Source: Dendrobates tinctorius
Lineage: Eukaryota
Reading direction: 5' to 3'
Assembly (NCBI RefSeq): GCF_039654945.1
Contig: NW_027361672.1
Coordinates: 11,222,001 to 11,286,000, forward strand
DNA length: 64,000 nucleotides
Each line of letters starts with the position of its first letter. The first letter of the stretch is position 1. Shown in pieces: positions 59,300 through 64,000 of the stretch. The translations under genes were made by a program, and so were the position numbers. The notes under the pieces are model-generated. The model worked only from the letters and a program-made list of their open reading frames with translations. It did not search any database and was not told the DNA's origin.

Positions 59300-61790
59300 G
59301 GACTGCTCGCCCATCTTTGATCCTCATCTGGTACTCAACTCTCATCTGTACCATTAAGTAACAGCAAGCATACAGCAGTGGGTACCCCTAGAACACTGCC
59401 TCAGCAGACGGGTCAAACTAGGTGAGGGTAGCAGTCCATTCTGAGTCCCATGGTGACTTAAGGGTTTGCCTTCCTGTGCATGTAAAGACTGGATTTTGTG
59501 GACAGTGTAGAAGAAACCATCTATGATTGGACAGAAAAATTATTCCCAGCAAAGTGTTATGCAGAGCTGAGAGGGCGCAGCAAGGAATATATCGGATGCG
59601 TCTGGCCATCCTTTGCATCCTGACCTATCTCCAGTCATCTCGACTAGTTGTTGCCACTGGGACTTGATAGGTACGAATGAGAGAGTGAGGCTGATGACCT
59701 GCGCAACTCTTCCTCACTTTAATCGAAGTTAAGTGCAAATCATGACTTTAATCACCGTTCTTTAAAGTTCTGTGGCAATGGGGGAGCAGTGAAGCTGCAG
59801 GTGTAGAATCACAGAATACTGTAGTCGCAAATCTGCACAGAGGCAGCCCAGTGCATATGGTCCCTCCCGATTGGACTGAAGCAGCAGTGGAGTTGAGCAG
59901 CCCCCTGGATGTCTCATCAGCCCTTTTAACGATCCCTATGCTCACCTTCATTGATGAAGGGACATGAAAAGGTGCCTCAAACATTGTCTGCTTCATCTTG
60001 TCCTGGTCAACCTACTGCAGCTGGTGGGTAAGTCTCATAGGGGTCGACACACAAAGAAGAAAATGATGAACTCGTATTTGGCTCATGGAACTTGAGAACT
60101 ATCAAGGCAGACAGAGCAGAGAGAACGGCACTGGTTGCTAAGTAGCTAGCCCACTACAATGTGGACATAGCAGCTCTTAGCAAAATGCGCTTAGAAGTTG
60201 AGGGCCAACTGACAGAGCATAGTGGTGGATACACACGTTTCCGGAGTGGTCGAAGCAGCATTGAACGATGAGTAGCAGGCGTGGGATTTGCTGTCAAATC
60301 TCACCTCGCCCGTAAACTTGCCCAGCTTCCAAATGGCATCAACAACCGCCTGAATACACTTCAGCTCCTACTTGCAAACAACAAGCGTGCTAGGCTGATT
60401 AGTGTCTGTGATTCCACCATGACCAATCCAGATGACATTAAGAATAAGTTCTATGATTAACTTGACACACTTATCTCAGCAATCCTACAGTCAGACAAGC
60501 TCATTATACTCGGAGGAAACATTAATGCCAGAGTAGGAAGGAACAGACTATCAAAACAAGGAAGGAGTCATTGGGAGACACAGCATTGGCAAGTGTAACA
60601 GTAATGGCCTTCTGCTCTTCAAGCTGTATGCCACACATGACCCTGTCCTCACTAACACCCTCTTCCATCTACCCACTTGCAAGGAGAAATCTTGGATGCA
60701 CATGCGTTCGAGGCACTGGCATCTCATTGACTAATCCTGCCGAGGTATACAAAGCAGGCGGTCCTGTCCTGATGCAAATTATGAATGAACTATTCCAATC
60801 CATATAGAAAAAATAACAGGTTTGCAACAGCTGTAAGATGCCAGCATAATCCACATTTATAAGAGAAAAGGTAACCACCAATCTCACGACAGACATTAAG
60901 GCATCTCCCTTCTGACAATTGCTGGGAAGATTCTGGCTCGCATCTTGTTCATCCCCCTCTTTCAGCACATTGAGCAAGGTCTATCGCCCAAAAACAAGCG
61001 CTGATTCCTTGCTGAACGTGGGACAGCAGACATGGTTTTTGCGTCGTGCCAGTTCCAGGAAATCTGCCTGGACCAATGCAGCAACCTTTTTGTGACCTTT
61101 GTCGACTTGACCAAGGTGTTCGATACAGTCAGCAGAGGCCTGTGGAAAACCATGGGAAAGTTCATCACAATCATCCAGCAGCTTAATGATGGTGAAAGTT
61201 CTGAATGAAGGAGACAAAACGGAGGCCTACCCAGGTACAAATGGCGTAAATCAAAGTCAGCATGCTCACGCTGACCCTGTTCAGTATGCTATTTTCTGTC
61301 ATAGCGACCGATGCTTTTAGAGACTGGGAAGACTGAATCCATGTCAGGTACAGGACTGACTGCAAGCTATTCAACCCCAGATGCCTGATGGCTGTTACAA
61401 AGGTGCATGACTTTTTTTTTGATGATGACTACGCACTCAACACCAGCACAGAGCAGAAGATGCAGCAGCAAATGGACTGTTTTTCACAAGTTTGCTGCAA
61501 CTTCGGTCTCATGATCAATACTAAAAACACCACAGTTATGTATCAATCTGCTCCAGGAAAACATTACCAGAAGCCATGCATTGAAGTGAAAGAGCAAAAC
61601 CTCAAAGCAGTACACTCTCCCGTGTAGTAACCAAAGATGCTGAGGCCAACAACAAAATTGCCAAAGCCACCATCTCGAAACTGTAAGAACATGTGGGAGT
61701 GGAGGAGACCCAGCCTTACCACCAAGCTGAAGGCCTACTGCACTGTGGTCCTTACTACACTTCTCTATTCAAGTGAGGCCTGGACTGTAT
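59300..61790 (+). mobile_element. RTE-clade LINE, decayed with internal deletions (ORF from ~60063; 5' boundary uncertain)
   Basis: SWNLRT, ERTALVA..LAHYNVDIAALS, GVGFAV, NARVG; RT motifs GISLL.IAGKILAR, GTADMVF, FVDLTKVFDTV, FDDD, GLMINTKNT. Confidence 0.85.
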
Positions 61791-62019
61791 AGTCCATGGG
61801 CGTGGAGAGCAGTGAATATTCATTTCTTTTTAGCAGCGGGCACAGGAGTTAGCCGCAGCAGCCGGCTCCTGCCTCCTGTGAACTGATACTCCACCACTGC
61901 AGCTTCCCTACCTCCCCATCCACAGCCAGGGCAGCTATATCTGTACTATAAGACGCACCCCCCATTTTTCTCCACAGTTTTGGAGGAAAAAAGTGTGTCC
62001 TATAGTCCAAAAAATACAG
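61791..62019. mobile_element. Tc2-type MITE end fragment
   Basis: TATAAGACGCACCC...GTCCTATAGTCCAAAAAATACAG|TA. Confidence 0.6.
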
Positions 62020-62055
62020 TATTTGCTGCAGTCCCAGTATCTCCTATGTGATGTA

Positions 62056-63609
62056 CAGAGGGGAAAATAAGTATTTGACACACTAGCGATTTGCAAGTTT
62101 TCCCACCTACAAAGAATGGAGAGGTCTGTAATTTTTATTGTAGGTCCACTTTAATTGTGAGAGACAATATCTTAAAAAAAATCCAGAAAGTCATATTGTA
62201 TGATTATCACATAATTATTTGCATTTTATTGCCTGAAATAAGTGTTTGATAACTTGCAGATTTCTGGCTCTCACAGACCTGTTAGTTTTTCTTTAAGAAG
62301 CCCTCCTACTCTGCACTCATTACCTGTATTAATTGCACCTGTTTTAACTCATTACCTGTATAAAAGACACCTGTCAACACATTCAATCAATCATACTCCA
62401 AACTCTCCACCATGGCTAAGCCCAAAGAGCTGTGTAAGGACAACAGGGACCTGCACAAGACTGGGATGAGCTACAGGACAATAGGCAAGCAGCTTGGTGA
62501 GAAGACAACAACCATTGGTTATTAGAAAACGGAAGAAACACAAAATGACTGTCAATCTTCCTCAGTCTGGGCTTCATGCCCCTTTCGCCTCAAGGGGTAA
62601 GGACGATTCTGAGAAAGGTCAGCAATCAGCCCATAGCTACACAGGAGAACCTGGTCAATGACCTGAAGAGAGCTAGGACCACAGTCTCAAACATTACCGT
62701 TAGTAACACACCACGCCATCATGGATTAAAATCCTGCAGTGCTCATGCCAGCACATGTCCAGTCCCATTTGAAGATTATCAGCGACCATCTAGATGATCC
62801 AGAGGAGGCATGGAAGAAGTTCATGTGGTTAGATAAGACCAAAATAAAGCTTTTTAGTATCAACTCCACTCGCCGTATTTGGAGGAAGAAGAAGGATGAG
62901 TACAACCACAAGAACACCGTCCCAACTGTGAAGCATGGTGGGAAAAAAAATCATACTTTGGGGGTGCTTTTCTAAAAAAAGGGAACAGGATGACTGCACT
63001 GTATCGAAGGGAGGATAGATGGAGTCATGTATCACTAGATTTTGGCTGACAACCTCCTTCCTTTAGTAAGAGCATTGAAGAAGGGTAATGGCTTGATCTC
63101 TAGCCTGACAATGAGCTGAACACACAGCCAGGGCAACTAAGGAGTGGCTTCAAAAGAAGCATTTCGAAGTTCTGGAGTGGCCTAGCCAGTCTCCACACCT
63201 GAACTCAATAGAAATTCTTTGGAGGGAGCTGAAACTCAATGTTGCCCAGCGACGGCCCAGTAACCTGAAAGATTTGTAGAAGATCTGTATGGAGGAGTGG
63301 GCCAAAATCCTTGCTGCAGTGTGTGCAAATCAATCAAGATCTACAGGAAACATCTGACCTCTGTAAAGCAAACAGGTTTCTGTACCAAATATTAAGTTCT
63401 ATTTTTCTATTGTATCAAATACTTATTTCATGAAATAAAATGCAAATTAATTATGTAAAAGTCATACAATGTGATTTTCTGTATTTTTTTAAGATTCTGT
63501 CTCTCACAGTTGAAGTGTTCCTACGATAAAAATTAAAGACCTCTCTAATCTTTGTAGGTGGGAAAACTTTCAAAATCGGCAGTGTATCAAATACTTATTT
63601 TCCCCACTG
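62056..63609 (+). mobile_element. Full-length decayed Tc1 transposon (transposase remnant ~62412-63394)
   Basis: ~200-bp TIRs CAGAGGGGAAAATAAGTATTTGA / TCAAATACTTATTTTCCCCACTG; left TA, right CA; WLDKTKI, TVKHGG and [13 protein letters not shown] motifs. Confidence 0.93.
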
Positions 63610-63712
63610 CATGTACAACAGTCTCAGCGTATCCTATGTGATATATATAGCAGTCTCAGTGTATCTTATGTGATGTATATACAGCAATCTTGATGTCTAT
63701 GTGATGTTTACT
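63610..63712. repeat. ~35-bp minisatellite, interrupted by the Tc1 (left part ~62025-62055)
   Basis: CAGTCTCAG.GTATC.TATGTGAT.TATA units on both sides of the Tc1. Confidence 0.7.
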
Positions 63713-63917
63713 ACAGATCTCCAAGTGCTTGAGCTATGTAACGTGGGCAGTGATGAATTTCCCACAAGAAGTGTAATATACATCTGTGTTCAGAACTTAC
63801 TGCTGTGTGTTCTTTAGAAATCGACTCATCGCAATGAGTTGACTGCACTCCAGACCGACATAAATGAAATAGTAGTTGAAAATAGCTACATGTTTTCATC
63901 TTTTATTTTCTTTCCAG

Positions 63918-64000
63918 TGAACTGTAAAACAAAGAAGCCCAATATCACCTTTCCTCCAAATCACCAGTTCTCACTTACTAGCGATAATTGTGTAACGTAT
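63918..64000 (+). CDS. Candidate host exon (runs off the window), extracellular Cys-containing protein
   Basis: Polypyrimidine tract TTTTCATCTTTTATTTTCTTTCCAG, then phase-1 open frame NCKTKKPNITFPPNHQFSLTSDNCVTY. Confidence 0.5.

Noticed and set aside
60060-61790. Snake-derived BovB
   Set aside because: RTE clade is supported, but the copy is too decayed to assign to BovB or infer transfer by eye.

Overview
Vertebrate nuclear DNA, probably from a frog judging by the repeat families (inference). It is almost entirely a nested transposable-element graveyard, and possibly one large intron ending at a candidate host exon at 63918. Contents: three full-length but decayed Ty3/Gypsy LTR retrotransposons (7407-25145, 36976-44681 minus, 52135-59100); three solo LTRs; two DIRS-type remnants; a full-length hAT element with a BED-finger transposase; two Tc1 elements; L2, CR1 and RTE LINEs; Penelope-like fragments carrying hammerhead-ribozyme motifs; many Harbinger, Kolobok/T2, Tc2, hAT and piggyBac-type non-autonomous elements; and several TE-borne tandem arrays. 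Target-site duplications allow most of the nesting to be reconstructed. Most notable: (1) three independent LTR insertions hit the same GTGCTGT motif of two DIRS internal complementary regions; (2) a fossil LTR-end plus tRNA-Ser PBS junction lies inside one LTR family; (3) the chromovirus shows Tf1-type self-priming complementarity; (4) a 2A-like GDIAPNPGP peptide precedes an L2 endonuclease; (5) minimal hammerhead motifs; (6) an uninterrupted sauropsid-like CR1 ORF. All calls are by eye; no database searches were run.
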